Shown piece by piece: positions 47,118-55,603 of a DNA stretch of 64,000 nucleotides. The notes under the pieces were generated by a model that was not told the origin of the DNA, made no database searches, and worked only from the letters and a program-made list of their open reading frames with translations. The DNA comes from an uncultured Lachnospiraceae bacterium (GTDB lineage: Bacteria; Bacillota; Clostridia; Lachnospirales; Lachnospiraceae): positions 9,368-73,367 of the forward strand of contig CAYRMW010000002.1 in NCBI GenBank assembly GCA_964425595.1. The letters run 5' to 3'. Position 1 is the stretch's first letter. Each line of letters begins with the position of its first letter. A program made the position numbers and the translations under genes.

Positions 47118-47337
47118 AAAGTCCCCCCTTTTAGTATAAATTTGATTTCTGCTGTTGGTAAATTCGCATCAATATTTGCGAACCACGCGGCCGACAATAG
47201 CCTAATTATACAAAATAGATGTCGTAAGATAAATTTTATTAAGTAATGATAGCCTTATGAAAGTAAAGTAAATAGAGCATATAGATATACCGGCACCGGT
47301 GCATCTGCCGCCGTCCTGCGGCAGCCGTGTGTTTCGG

Positions 47338-47367
47338 TTGACATGCAAGAACGCAGCATGTTATAGT
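47338..47367 (+). promoter_or_regulatory. sigma-A type promoter (TTGACA-18-TATAGT, TG-extended) of the orphan response regulator
   Basis: -35 at 47338-47343 and -10 at 47362-47367, preceded by TGT. Confidence 0.55.
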
Positions 47368-47429
47368 TTCCACGGAGAGTATGGATGAACATTTTACATG
47401 CAAAAACGCTGTGTCTAAGGGGGAGGAAA

Positions 47430-48116
47430 ATGATACACGCGATGATCGTTGAAGATGATCCGATGGTTGCAGAGATTAACAAACGCTGCCTGCAAAGAGA
47501 TGCACGGATCCATACGGTTAAAATTTGTTCCCATGGCGGCCAGGCAATGCGTTACCTCGAGGGGCATGCAGTGGATCTTCTGCTCCTTGACGTATATATG
47601 CCCCATCTGAACGGATTTGATTTTTTAAGACGGATTCGGAGTCGGATGATCGATACGGATGTCATTTTGGTGACAGCAGCAAATAATCATGATGATCTGG
47701 AGAAGGCAATTCGTTTTGGCGTTCTGGATTATCTGATCAAACCGTTCGAATATGAACGTTTTCGTCTGGCAGTTGATCGTTTTTTCCTGAAACACGAAAT
47801 GTTGAAACAAAATAAGAGTCCGCTTTCCCAACAGGATGTAGATCGACTGATGTCGTTTCAGCCGGCGTGCAATGCGCCGGCGCAGTCTGTGGAAAAGGGG
47901 ATACATCCACAGACGCTGGAGCTGATTCAGGCTTTCCTGCAGGAGCACGGAGAAGAAAAAAAATCCGGCGGTGAGATTGCCAAACAGATCGGGCTGTCGC
48001 GGGTAACGGTACAAAAATATCTGAATTTTATGAAAAGGAACGGTCAGCTGGACAGTGAGATCGACTACCGGACCGATGGACGGCCAAGAACATGTTATTG
48101 TTTGCGGCCGTCATGA
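47430..48116 (+). CDS. CitB/DcuR-type response regulator (orphan)
   Basis: Receiver domain (MIHAMIVEDDPMV..LLLLDVYMPHLNG..VTAANN..LIKPF) plus a C-terminal HTH (..IAKQIGLSRVTVQKYLNFM..). ATG 47430 follows GGGGGAGG. Confidence 0.85.
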   Translation: MIHAMIVEDDPMVAEINKRCLQRDARIHTVKICSHGGQAMRYLEGHAVDLLLLDVYMPHLNGFDFLRRIRSRMIDTDVILVTAANNHDDLEKAIRFGVLDYLIKPFEYERFRLAVDRFFLKHEMLKQNKSPLSQQDVDRLMSFQPACNAPAQSVEKGIHPQTLELIQAFLQEHGEEKKSGGEIAKQIGLSRVTVQKYLNFMKRNGQLDSEIDYRTDGRPRTCYCLRPS

Positions 48117-48133
48117 CCGGCCGGGAGATAATA

Positions 48134-48886
48134 TCAGTAAATCGCGATCGGCCCGTACGGCCCTTTCACGATCTCGATCTTTGTCTCGAAGATCGCAGAC
48201 AGCAGGTCGGCCTGCATGATCTCCTGTACGGTGCCGAAGGCGGCGATGCGTCCGTCTTTCATGGCGCAGATGCGGTCGGAATACTTCGCCGCGAAATTGA
48301 TGTCGTGCATGACCATCAGGATCGTACGCCCGAATTCATCCGCTGCCTGGCGCAGGTGTTCCATCATCTGGACGGAGCGCGCCACATCCAGGTTGTTTAA
48401 CGGTTCGTCCAAAAGCACATATTCCGTCTCCTGACATAAAACCATGGCGACATACGCCCGCTGACGCTGCCCGCCGGAAAGCTCATCAAGATAGCGGTCT
48501 TCCAATTCGGTCAGATCGAGAAAGTCGATGTACCGGGAAATGATGGCTTCATCCTCCGCGGTCAGCCTTCCCCGGGAATAGGGAAACCGGCCAAAGCCGG
48601 CCAGCTGCCGTACAGTCAGCCTGGTCACGAAATGATTTTCCTGGCGCAGTATGGTCATTACCTTGGCCAGATCCGCGGAGCGGGCGGTTGACACATCCAT
48701 GCCGGCCACCCGGATCTGCCCCTCGTCCAGATGCAGGAGGCGGCCGATCATCAGAAGCGTCGTGGATTTCCCCGCGCCGTTGGGGCCGATCATGCAGGTC
48801 AGCCCCGCTTTGGGGATCCGGAGGGTCAAAGGGCCGATCTTTACGTCGTCCGTGTATATTTTTTTCGTGTTTTGTATATCAATCAT
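48134..48886 (-). CDS. iron-siderophore type ABC transporter ATP-binding protein
   Basis: Walker A GPNGAGKST, signature LSGGQRQR and Walker B VLLDEP. It belongs to the FepC/FecE-like size class. Confidence 0.9.
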   Translation of the reverse strand: MIDIQNTKKIYTDDVKIGPLTLRIPKAGLTCMIGPNGAGKSTTLLMIGRLLHLDEGQIRVAGMDVSTARSADLAKVMTILRQENHFVTRLTVRQLAGFGRFPYSRGRLTAEDEAIISRYIDFLDLTELEDRYLDELSGGQRQRAYVAMVLCQETEYVLLDEPLNNLDVARSVQMMEHLRQAADEFGRTILMVMHDINFAAKYSDRICAMKDGRIAAFGTVQEIMQADLLSAIFETKIEIVKGPYGPIAIY

Positions 48887-49998
48887 AAGGAACCCTTTCT
48901 CAGCAGCACGATCAGGAACGCAATGCCGCCAAACAGCTCAATGATGATGGCGACAACGCCCTGGGCGCGGAATACATTGTACATAAAGAAGTAGGCGAAG
49001 GTCAGGACCAGAAAGCCGATCGCCAGCGCCATGGGGAAAATGTAGCGGTGGTCGCCGGACGGTACGGCCTGATACGCCAAAGCGGCCACCAGGAACCCGT
49101 AGAAGGTTAACGATCCGATCAGCGCGGTCGAGACGGACATCAGGACGGCGACCAGGACCAGAACATAGATCGTCCCACGCTGGTGATTGAGACCGAGGGC
49201 GGTACTGGCATCCCGCCCCAGGGCCAGCACGTTCAGTTTTCGGGAATACACCAGGAGCAGCACGGCGGCAAGCGCCACCAGGGGGATGGCGATGGGAAAA
49301 TAAGCGGCGTCCGCGTTGGCCACCGAGCCGAACAGGCGCGCCTGCAGGATGTCGTATTCCGACGGCGCCAGAAGACGGCGCATAAAGGAAGCCAGGGATT
49401 TCAGCCCGCTGCCGATCATGATCCCCACAAGAAGCATCAGCTGGATATTTCCGTACCGGCCGGAAAGCAGCCAGCCGTAAAGGATCAGGCAGAGCAGGAT
49501 CATGGCGGCAACCTGGAGGAGGAACGGTCCTGTGCCGGTGAATTCCAGGAAGGCCGTCGTGCCGAAGAAAAACATCGTGCCGGTCTGGATGGCGGAATAC
49601 AGGGAATCAAAGCCCAGAAGGGAGGGCGTGATGATCCGGTTGCCGGTGCAGGTTTGGAACGCGACGGTAGCCAGACTCTGGCAGACCGCGGCGATCAGCA
49701 TGGCGACGATGGCGGTCATCCGGCGTTTCACGATCGGGATAAAGGAGGATGAGGTGACGGGGACCGGGATGTCGTAGGCGGCGAGGCCGAGGGCGGCAAG
49801 GACGCCCAGACCGATCAGCACGGCCAGAAGGATCTGGTATCTGCGCTTTTCCCGCCGGGACCGGAACGCGCCCGAGGACCGGGCTGTGCCGGAAGGCCTT
49901 GCGGCGCCGGAAGGACATGTGACGCCGGAAGAGCGGACCGGCTTTGCGGTTCCTGCCCTGGCCGGTTGATTTTGTTTTGTCTGTTTCCACATCTTCAT
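48883..49998 (-). CDS. FecCD-family iron-siderophore ABC permease
   Basis: Polytopic FecCD-type permease. It has a roughly 50-aa Arg/Ser/Gly-rich N-terminal extension. The ATGA overlap with the upstream permease suggests translational coupling. Confidence 0.85.
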   Translation of the reverse strand: MKMWKQTKQNQPARAGTAKPVRSSGVTCPSGAARPSGTARSSGAFRSRREKRRYQILLAVLIGLGVLAALGLAAYDIPVPVTSSSFIPIVKRRMTAIVAMLIAAVCQSLATVAFQTCTGNRIITPSLLGFDSLYSAIQTGTMFFFGTTAFLEFTGTGPFLLQVAAMILLCLILYGWLLSGRYGNIQLMLLVGIMIGSGLKSLASFMRRLLAPSEYDILQARLFGSVANADAAYFPIAIPLVALAAVLLLVYSRKLNVLALGRDASTALGLNHQRGTIYVLVLVAVLMSVSTALIGSLTFYGFLVAALAYQAVPSGDHRYIFPMALAIGFLVLTFAYFFMYNVFRAQGVVAIIIELFGGIAFLIVLLRKGSL

Positions 49999-51008
49999 CT
50001 TGGTTTCCTCTGTTTCATTAGCATAATGATAAAGACAACCGCCCCCAGTGTCCCCAGGATCATAGACACAGGGACCTCAAAGGGCATAATGATCGTGCGG
50101 GCGAGGATATCGCAGATGGTGATGACGGCCATCCCCAGCATACAGACCCAGGGAAGGTTGCTTTTTAAGTCGTCGCCGCGGTACATGGACACGAGATTCG
50201 GGACGATCAGTCCCAGAAACGGAAGATTGCCGATCACCGATGCCACGATGCCCACCGAGGCGGACACAAGCCCGGTCCCGATCAGGACGATCTGCTGGTA
50301 ATTCAGGCCCAGGCTGGTTGATACATCCTGGCCAAGTCCGGCCAGCGTCAGCCGGTCCGCGTAGATAAAGATCACGATGTTTATGAGGATAATGAGCCAC
50401 AGGTATTCGTACCGGCCGGTCTGGACCTGGGCAAAGGATCCGGCGAACCATGTTTCCAGGCTTTGGGTCATGCTGAAGGTAAGGCCGACGAAGGTAGATA
50501 AGGCGGAGACCACCGCGCCCAGCATCATGCCGACGATGGGGACGATCAGGGAAGAGCGCAGTCGGATCTTGCGCAGGAACAGAAAAAAGAGCATGGTCCC
50601 GGCAAAGGAAAACAGGATCGCGCCCGTCATCCGGAGCATCAGCGAGGGACCGGGAAATACCACATAGACCAGGATCAGGCCGAGACCGGCCCACTCAATG
50701 GTCCCCGTCGTGGTGGGCTCCACCATCCGGTTCTGCGTGATCAGCTGTGTGACAAGCCCCGACATGGACATGGCGGTCCCGGTGAGCATCAGCGCCATGG
50801 TGCGCGGAACGCGGGTGATAAAGAACATATCCCATCCGTCCTCCTGTCCGCGGATATCGTATACGCCGGTAAACATGGACAGGAGAGCCAGTGCGGCAAC
50901 CGCCAGCAGGGCCAGGAGAAACGGCTTTGTCAGAAGCTTTGGCCGTGAAAATGAGCGGGACTGCGTTTTTGCAGTCCCCCCGCTTTTTGGTATTCTTACG
51001 TCTGTCAT
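49995..51008 (-). CDS. FecCD-family iron-siderophore ABC permease
   Basis: 337-aa polytopic FecCD-type permease (..TGTAMSMSGLVTQLITQNRMVEPTTTG..). Confidence 0.9.
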   Translation of the reverse strand: MTDVRIPKSGGTAKTQSRSFSRPKLLTKPFLLALLAVAALALLSMFTGVYDIRGQEDGWDMFFITRVPRTMALMLTGTAMSMSGLVTQLITQNRMVEPTTTGTIEWAGLGLILVYVVFPGPSLMLRMTGAILFSFAGTMLFFLFLRKIRLRSSLIVPIVGMMLGAVVSALSTFVGLTFSMTQSLETWFAGSFAQVQTGRYEYLWLIILINIVIFIYADRLTLAGLGQDVSTSLGLNYQQIVLIGTGLVSASVGIVASVIGNLPFLGLIVPNLVSMYRGDDLKSNLPWVCMLGMAVITICDILARTIIMPFEVPVSMILGTLGAVVFIIMLMKQRKPR

Positions 51009-51027
51009 GATTCACGCACCTTCTCGA

Positions 51028-52149
51028 TCAGCCGCCGAAAGCGGCGGCCAGATCTTCAAACAGCTCCAGATAGGTCTGGATCGATTCATTGGTATAGGTG
51101 TCAGCCGGCGCGTAGATCACCTGATCCAGGATGACGGCGGTAGTGTTCTGCAGCGCCGCGGCATTGCTGATCACATCGCTGGCCGGCGTATAGTCCTCGC
51201 CGGAGGAGGTCGCGGCGTCGCGGTCCAGCACCAGGATCCAGTCGGGATTGCTCTGCGCGATCGCTTCCACGGAGATATCGTCGCCCTGGTGGTCGGAGGT
51301 CGCGTTATCGATGTTCAGCGCCTGGACCCAGCCGAAGAGATCGTACATGGGGCCCCATACGCGGCCGGAATATGGAGCGGAGAAACCGATCTCGCCGCCG
51401 GAGACGATCACGCTCATGACGGTGTCGGTCCCGTTGTACGCTTCGCTGACCGCCGCGATCGCGGCGTCAAACGCGTCGGAGAGTTCCTGCGCTTCTTCGT
51501 TCTTATCAAAAATCAGGCCAAGGGTGGCGACCGAATCCTTCAGTCCGTTCACCAGGCTGTCGCCGGATTCTCCCGCTTCATCCGAGAGCGTGAACGCCAG
51601 GTCGATGACAGCGGCGTCGGGGACCAGTTCCACGATATCGTCATAATAGCTGGCAAACCGCTGTCCCACGATCACCAGATCCGGATCGACGGCGGCGATC
51701 ACTTCCAGGTCCGGATCGTTATGTGTGCCGATGTCCTGGACGCTGTCATCATCGGCATAGGAGATGCCGTCGGGGATGAGTCCCTTTGGCGCCGCGGCCA
51801 GCGTGATGCCCCAGTTATCCAGAGTCTCAAAGGTGCGGTTATCCAGGGACACGACAACTTCCGGGTTGACGGGGACGGTGACGGTTCCATGAGAATCGGT
51901 GATCTCTACGGTACTCTCGGCCGCGGACGTGGTTTCCGCGTCATCCGCTGCGTCGGTGCCGTCTGCCGCATCGGTGTCATCCGATACGTCTGCGTCATCC
52001 GCCGCATCCGTGTCATCCGCCGCGGCGGCCGCACTTGTCGCATCCGCCGTATCCGTGCCGGCGCCGGAGCAGGCGCCAAGCAGCGCCGCAAACGCCAGGA
52101 TAAAAGCCAGAAGCAGGGAAATATGCGTTTTCTGTTTGATGGTTTTCAT
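51028..52149 (-). CDS. iron-siderophore type ABC substrate-binding lipoprotein
   Basis: Lipobox ..ALLGACSG, an Asp/Ala/Thr-rich linker, then a class III (FhuD/FepB-like) SBP. GGAGG (52156-52160, minus) favours ATG 52149 over 52155. Confidence 0.85.
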   Translation of the reverse strand: MKTIKQKTHISLLLAFILAFAALLGACSGAGTDTADATSAAAAADDTDAADDADVSDDTDAADGTDAADDAETTSAAESTVEITDSHGTVTVPVNPEVVVSLDNRTFETLDNWGITLAAAPKGLIPDGISYADDDSVQDIGTHNDPDLEVIAAVDPDLVIVGQRFASYYDDIVELVPDAAVIDLAFTLSDEAGESGDSLVNGLKDSVATLGLIFDKNEEAQELSDAFDAAIAAVSEAYNGTDTVMSVIVSGGEIGFSAPYSGRVWGPMYDLFGWVQALNIDNATSDHQGDDISVEAIAQSNPDWILVLDRDAATSSGEDYTPASDVISNAAALQNTTAVILDQVIYAPADTYTNESIQTYLELFEDLAAAFGG

Positions 52150-52191
52150 AATCATCCTCCTGAGTGTGTGTTGTGTGTGCGGGTGTCAAAA

Positions 52192-52207
52192 GTTAGCCGC
52201 AGCTAAC
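52192..52207. promoter_or_regulatory. inverted repeat GTTAGC-N4-GCTAAC in the 5' UTR of the siderophore operon (candidate operator)
   Basis: A perfect 6-4-6 inverted repeat lies between the predicted -10 and the RBS of the SBP gene. Confidence 0.35.
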
Positions 52208-52233
52208 CGTTCGGTAAAAAAACCGATGCCCCT

Positions 52234-52261
52234 ATTATACTGGGATACGCAGACGTGTCAA
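52234..52261 (-). promoter_or_regulatory. consensus sigma-A promoter (TTGACA-16-TATAAT) of the siderophore ABC operon
   Basis: On the minus strand, -35 TTGACA is at 52256-52261 and -10 TATAAT is at 52234-52239. Confidence 0.6.
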
Positions 52262-52264
52262 TCC

Positions 52265-52292
52265 TTGACATTTCTTTTTTTTTTTGCTAAAC
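52265..52292 (+). promoter_or_regulatory. candidate promoter of the DEAD-box helicase gene (TTGACA-16-TAAACT) with a T10 run in the spacer
   Basis: -35 at 52265-52270, only 3 bp from the divergent -35, which creates TGTCAAtccTTGACA. The spacer contains T10 (52275-52284). -10 TAAACT at 52287-52292. Confidence 0.4.
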
Positions 52293-52313
52293 TTAACAGG
52301 CTGTTTTGGATGT

Positions 52314-52360
52314 AACGAGGGGATGATAAGCCTTAAGCGGCTTTGTCTCCTCGTTTTTAT
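52314..52360 (+). terminator. terminator-like hairpin inside the helicase 5' leader
   Basis: ACGAGGGGA (52314-52322) pairs with TCTCCTCGT (52345-52353), with one G-U pair. An inner AAGCC/GGCTT helix is present, and TTTTATT follows. Confidence 0.5.
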
Positions 52361-52478
52361 TACGAAGTATCCGGCAAGACACGCCGGTGACGCGTCTTGT
52401 CGGATTACGATGTACGGGCAGGATGGGTAGGCGGCGTGTCCTGCTGGCCGGAAGATTTAGAGATTAGGAAGGATTGAA

Positions 52479-54212
52479 GTGACAATGATGGAGACAGTTC
52501 GTTTTGAAGATTTACATTTATGTGAGGAGATTCTGCGGGCGGTAACGGATATGGGATTCGAGGCGGCATCCCCCATCCAGGCGCAGGCGATCCCGGCACA
52601 GCTGGAGGGACGGGATATGATCGGCCAGGCGCAGACGGGGACGGGCAAGACGGCCGCCTTCGGCATCCCGCTTCTGCAAAAAATTGACCCGGAAGATAAG
52701 AAGCTCCAGGCGATCGTTCTGCTGCCTACCAGGGAACTGGCGATCCAGGTGGCGGAGGAAATCCGCCGCCTGGCCAGGTTTATGCATGGAATCAAGGTAC
52801 TGCCGGTGTACGGCGGGCAGGATATCGTGCGTCAGATCCGCTCGCTGAAAGACGGCGTCCAGGTCGTGATCGGTACGCCGGGCCGGGTCATGGATCATAT
52901 GCGCAGAAAGACGATCCGGACGGACCATGTGCACACGGCAGTGTTAGACGAAGCGGACGAGATGCTGAATATGGGCTTTTTGGAGGATATGGAGACGATC
53001 TTAAGCCAGCTGCCGCAAGAACGCCAGACGGTGATGTTTTCCGCGACCATGCCGCCGGCGATCGCGGATATCGCCAGAAGGTTTCTCAAGGATCCGGTCA
53101 TGGTGCGCGTGGTAAAAAAGGAGCTGACCGTGCCGAAGGTGACCCAGTATTACTATGAGGTCAAACCCAAGAACAAGGTGGAGGTGCTCTGCCGTCTTCT
53201 GGACCTGTATTCGCCCAAGCTTTCTGTGGTCTTTTGTAATACGAAAAAGGGCGTAGATGAACTGGTGCTGGCGCTCCAGGGCAGAGGCTATTTTGCCGAG
53301 GGCCTTCATGGCGACTTAAAGCAGGAGCAGAGGGACCGGGTGATGAATGGTTTCCGGAACGGCCGGACGGAGATTCTGGTGGCGACGGACGTGGCCGCCC
53401 GGGGAATCGACGTGGATGATGTGGAAGCGGTATTCAATTATGATATTCCGCAGGATGATGAATATTATGTACACCGGATCGGCCGGACGGGAAGGGCCGG
53501 ACGGGAAGGAAAGGCGTTCAGTCTGGTGGTAGGCAAGGAAGTCTACAAGCTGCGGGATATCCAGCGCTACTGCAAGACGAAGATCATTCCGCAGGCCATT
53601 CCCTCGCTGGATGACATCACGGATATCAAGGTGGAAAAGACCATGGATCAGGTCCGGGACATGCTGGAGAACAGCGACTTAAGGCAGATGGTGAACATCA
53701 TCGAGCAGAAACTGATCGAGGAAGACTACACGGCCCTGGATATGGCGGCGGCCCTGTTGAAAATGAGTATGGGCGAGGATAATGAAGACATTATCGACAA
53801 CTTCGAACCGGCCCGTTCTCTGGACGATCTCGACCGCGGCGGCCGCGGCGGCCGCCGGTATGGCCGCGACGGAAACGGCCGGGACTTAAGAAGCGCCCGG
53901 AGCCGCAGAAGAGGAGCGACGGACCGCGCGGCCGTGGACTATGTGACGGGCGACGATATGGCCCGCCTGTTTGTCAATATCGGCCGCAGTCAGAATGTTA
54001 ATCCGGGCGATATCCTCGGCGCGGTTGCCGGGGAGTCCGGGATCCCCGGGCGTGTGGTGGGAAGCATCGATATGTACGACGGCTATACCTTTGTAGAAGT
54101 TCCCCGAAGATATTCCGACCAGGTGCTGCAAGCCATGGAGAACGCCAAGATCAAAGGCAAGAAGGTGCGGGTCGAGCGGGCCGGAGGCCGGCGTTACCAT
54201 ACGGAGCGTTAA
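52479..54212 (+). CDS. DEAD-box ATP-dependent RNA helicase with C-terminal DbpA-type RNA-binding domain
   Basis: Q-motif, AQTGTGKT, DEAD, SAT and HRIGRTGRAG. An Arg/Gly-rich linker is followed by a DbpA-like domain. The start is ambiguous (GTG 52479 or ATG 52485). Confidence 0.9.
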   Translation: MTMMETVRFEDLHLCEEILRAVTDMGFEAASPIQAQAIPAQLEGRDMIGQAQTGTGKTAAFGIPLLQKIDPEDKKLQAIVLLPTRELAIQVAEEIRRLARFMHGIKVLPVYGGQDIVRQIRSLKDGVQVVIGTPGRVMDHMRRKTIRTDHVHTAVLDEADEMLNMGFLEDMETILSQLPQERQTVMFSATMPPAIADIARRFLKDPVMVRVVKKELTVPKVTQYYYEVKPKNKVEVLCRLLDLYSPKLSVVFCNTKKGVDELVLALQGRGYFAEGLHGDLKQEQRDRVMNGFRNGRTEILVATDVAARGIDVDDVEAVFNYDIPQDDEYYVHRIGRTGRAGREGKAFSLVVGKEVYKLRDIQRYCKTKIIPQAIPSLDDITDIKVEKTMDQVRDMLENSDLRQMVNIIEQKLIEEDYTALDMAAALLKMSMGEDNEDIIDNFEPARSLDDLDRGGRGGRRYGRDGNGRDLRSARSRRRGATDRAAVDYVTGDDMARLFVNIGRSQNVNPGDILGAVAGESGIPGRVVGSIDMYDGYTFVEVPRRYSDQVLQAMENAKIKGKKVRVERAGGRRYHTER

Positions 54213-54227
54213 GGAGGGAGAAGAGCG

Positions 54228-55373
54228 ATGATACTGCAGGGCAGAAAGGTATGGATCGGCGGCCAGTTTATTCCGGCGCAGTTGGAGCTGGAGGGGGAGA
54301 AGATCCGGGCTGTCCGTGATTACGGGAAGACGCGCGCGGACGTGGACTACGGCGACTTTCGCGTCGTCCCCGGCTTTATTGACGTGCATACCCATGGCGC
54401 CTACGGCTTTGATACCAATGACGGAGAACCGGAAGGACTCAGAGAGTGGATGCGCAGGATCCCGGAGGAGGGGGTGACCGCTATCCTTCCCACCACGGTG
54501 ACGCAGATGCCGGAGGTACTGACAAAGGCGGTGGCCAACGTGGCCCGGGTAGCGCGGGAAGGCTATAGGGGTGCGGAGATCCTGGGGATCCATTTTGAAG
54601 GGCCCTATCTGGACATGGACTATAAGGGGGCGCAGCCGCCGGAGGCGATCGCCCCGCCTTCGGTTGAACAGTTTAAGCAGTACCAGGAGGCGGCCTGCGG
54701 CATGATCCGGTATATCACTCTGGCTCCGGAACATGACGAGGACTTTGCGCTTACCCGTTACTGCCGGGCCGGCGGGGTGGTGGTCAGCATGGGGCATTCG
54801 GCGGCGGATTATGCGCGGGCGCTGATGGGGATCGCCAATGGCGCCACCTCCATGACCCATGTGTATAACGGCATGACCGGCTATCATCACCGGAAGCAGG
54901 GACTGGTCAACACCGCTTTGCGGATCAGGGAAATCTTCGGTGAGATCATCTGCGATGGCTGTCACACGGATGTCAATGCGCTGAATGTCTTTTTCACGGC
55001 CAAAGGCCGGGATTTTGGCATCATGATCACGGATTCCCTGCGTGCGAAGCACTGCCCGCCGGGGGGAGATTATACGCTGGGCGGCCATGCCGTGGAGATC
55101 GGCGAAGACGGCCTGGCCCGTCTCAAGGGAACCGATACCATCGCCGGGAGCACACTGCGTATGAACCAGGGCCTTCGGATCCTGGCGGAGGAGGCGCAGA
55201 TCCCCTTTGATGCCGCGTTAAACGCATGCACGGCAAATCCGGCCAGATGCCTGCGCGTGGATGATAGAAAGGGATATCTGCGGGCCGGCTGCGACGCCGA
55301 CATCGTGGTCCTTTCGCCGGATTATTCCGTGGTGCAGACCTACTGCAGGGGAAAAGCGCAGTTAGAGAACTGA
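54228..55373 (+). CDS. nagA: N-acetylglucosamine-6-phosphate deacetylase
   Basis: ..VVPGFIDVHTHGAYGFD.., ..GIHFEGPY.. and ..SMGHS.. Amidohydrolase-fold NagA pattern. AAGGAGGG RBS. Confidence 0.9.
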   Translation: MILQGRKVWIGGQFIPAQLELEGEKIRAVRDYGKTRADVDYGDFRVVPGFIDVHTHGAYGFDTNDGEPEGLREWMRRIPEEGVTAILPTTVTQMPEVLTKAVANVARVAREGYRGAEILGIHFEGPYLDMDYKGAQPPEAIAPPSVEQFKQYQEAACGMIRYITLAPEHDEDFALTRYCRAGGVVVSMGHSAADYARALMGIANGATSMTHVYNGMTGYHHRKQGLVNTALRIREIFGEIICDGCHTDVNALNVFFTAKGRDFGIMITDSLRAKHCPPGGDYTLGGHAVEIGEDGLARLKGTDTIAGSTLRMNQGLRILAEEAQIPFDAALNACTANPARCLRVDDRKGYLRAGCDADIVVLSPDYSVVQTYCRGKAQLEN

Positions 55374-55391
55374 GGACATGATCATTTTACC

Positions 55392-55439
55392 GGCAAAAGC
55401 CGGCAGGAAGACCGCATAGGCTTCCTTCCGGCTTTTGCC
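55392..55439 (+). terminator. strong hairpin after nagA (no U-tract)
   Basis: GGCAAAAGCCGG (55392-55403) pairs perfectly with CCGGCTTTTGCC (55428-55439). Confidence 0.45.
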
Positions 55440-55481
55440 ATGTCTGCCCCTCCGGCGTTTGGTGCCGCCGCCTCCTTCCGG

Positions 55482-55547
55482 TTTACGTTGTTTTTACACA
55501 AGCTATACATAAACCTGCTTTCACCTGCGTGGGAAATTTCGTATACT
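55482..55547 (+). promoter_or_regulatory. Pho-box type promoter of pstS
   Basis: Direct repeats TTTACG (55482), TTTACA (55493) and TATACA (55504) show 11-bp periodicity, as in the Firmicute PhoP box TT(A/T/C)ACA. -10 TATACT at 55542-55547. Confidence 0.55.
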
Positions 55548-55603
55548 CCCAGATGTAACAGACCGATGAGAAAACGGGCCGAAGCGGCCCATGGGAGGAA
55601 AGA

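Noticed and set aside
51900-52090. Repetitive GAYGMNGC-type nucleotide periodicity, which might be taken for a tandem-repeat element.
   Set aside because: It lies inside the siderophore SBP gene and encodes the Asp/Ala/Thr-rich linker after the lipobox (..TDTADATSAAAAADDTDAADDADVSDDTDAADGTDAADDAETT..). Similar acidic linkers occur in the PstS lipoprotein and the 529-aa SBP lipoprotein. It is low-complexity coding sequence, not a separate element.
50698-52206. 502-aa plus-strand ORF, and many similar long ORFs in the track (for example 1585-2589, 8099-9496, 9915-10748, 15418-16425, 19163-19969, 24895-25917, 26937-27848, 28828-29934, 29789-30661, 33720-34499, 41815-42552, 43200-44021, 46422-47246, 53886-55088, 59525-60055).
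   Set aside because: Each lies antisense to, or out of frame with, a gene that has clear family motifs. They lack RBS and start context and translate to Arg/Gly/Pro/His-rich low-complexity sequence. These are the expected shadow ORFs of GC-rich DNA.
52156-52265. Fur box in front of the siderophore ABC operon.
   Set aside because: I looked for GATAATGATAATCATTATC-like 19-mers and ATAAT/ATTAT hexamer arrays and saw none. The only symmetric element is GTTAGC-N4-GCTAAC, which is reported separately.
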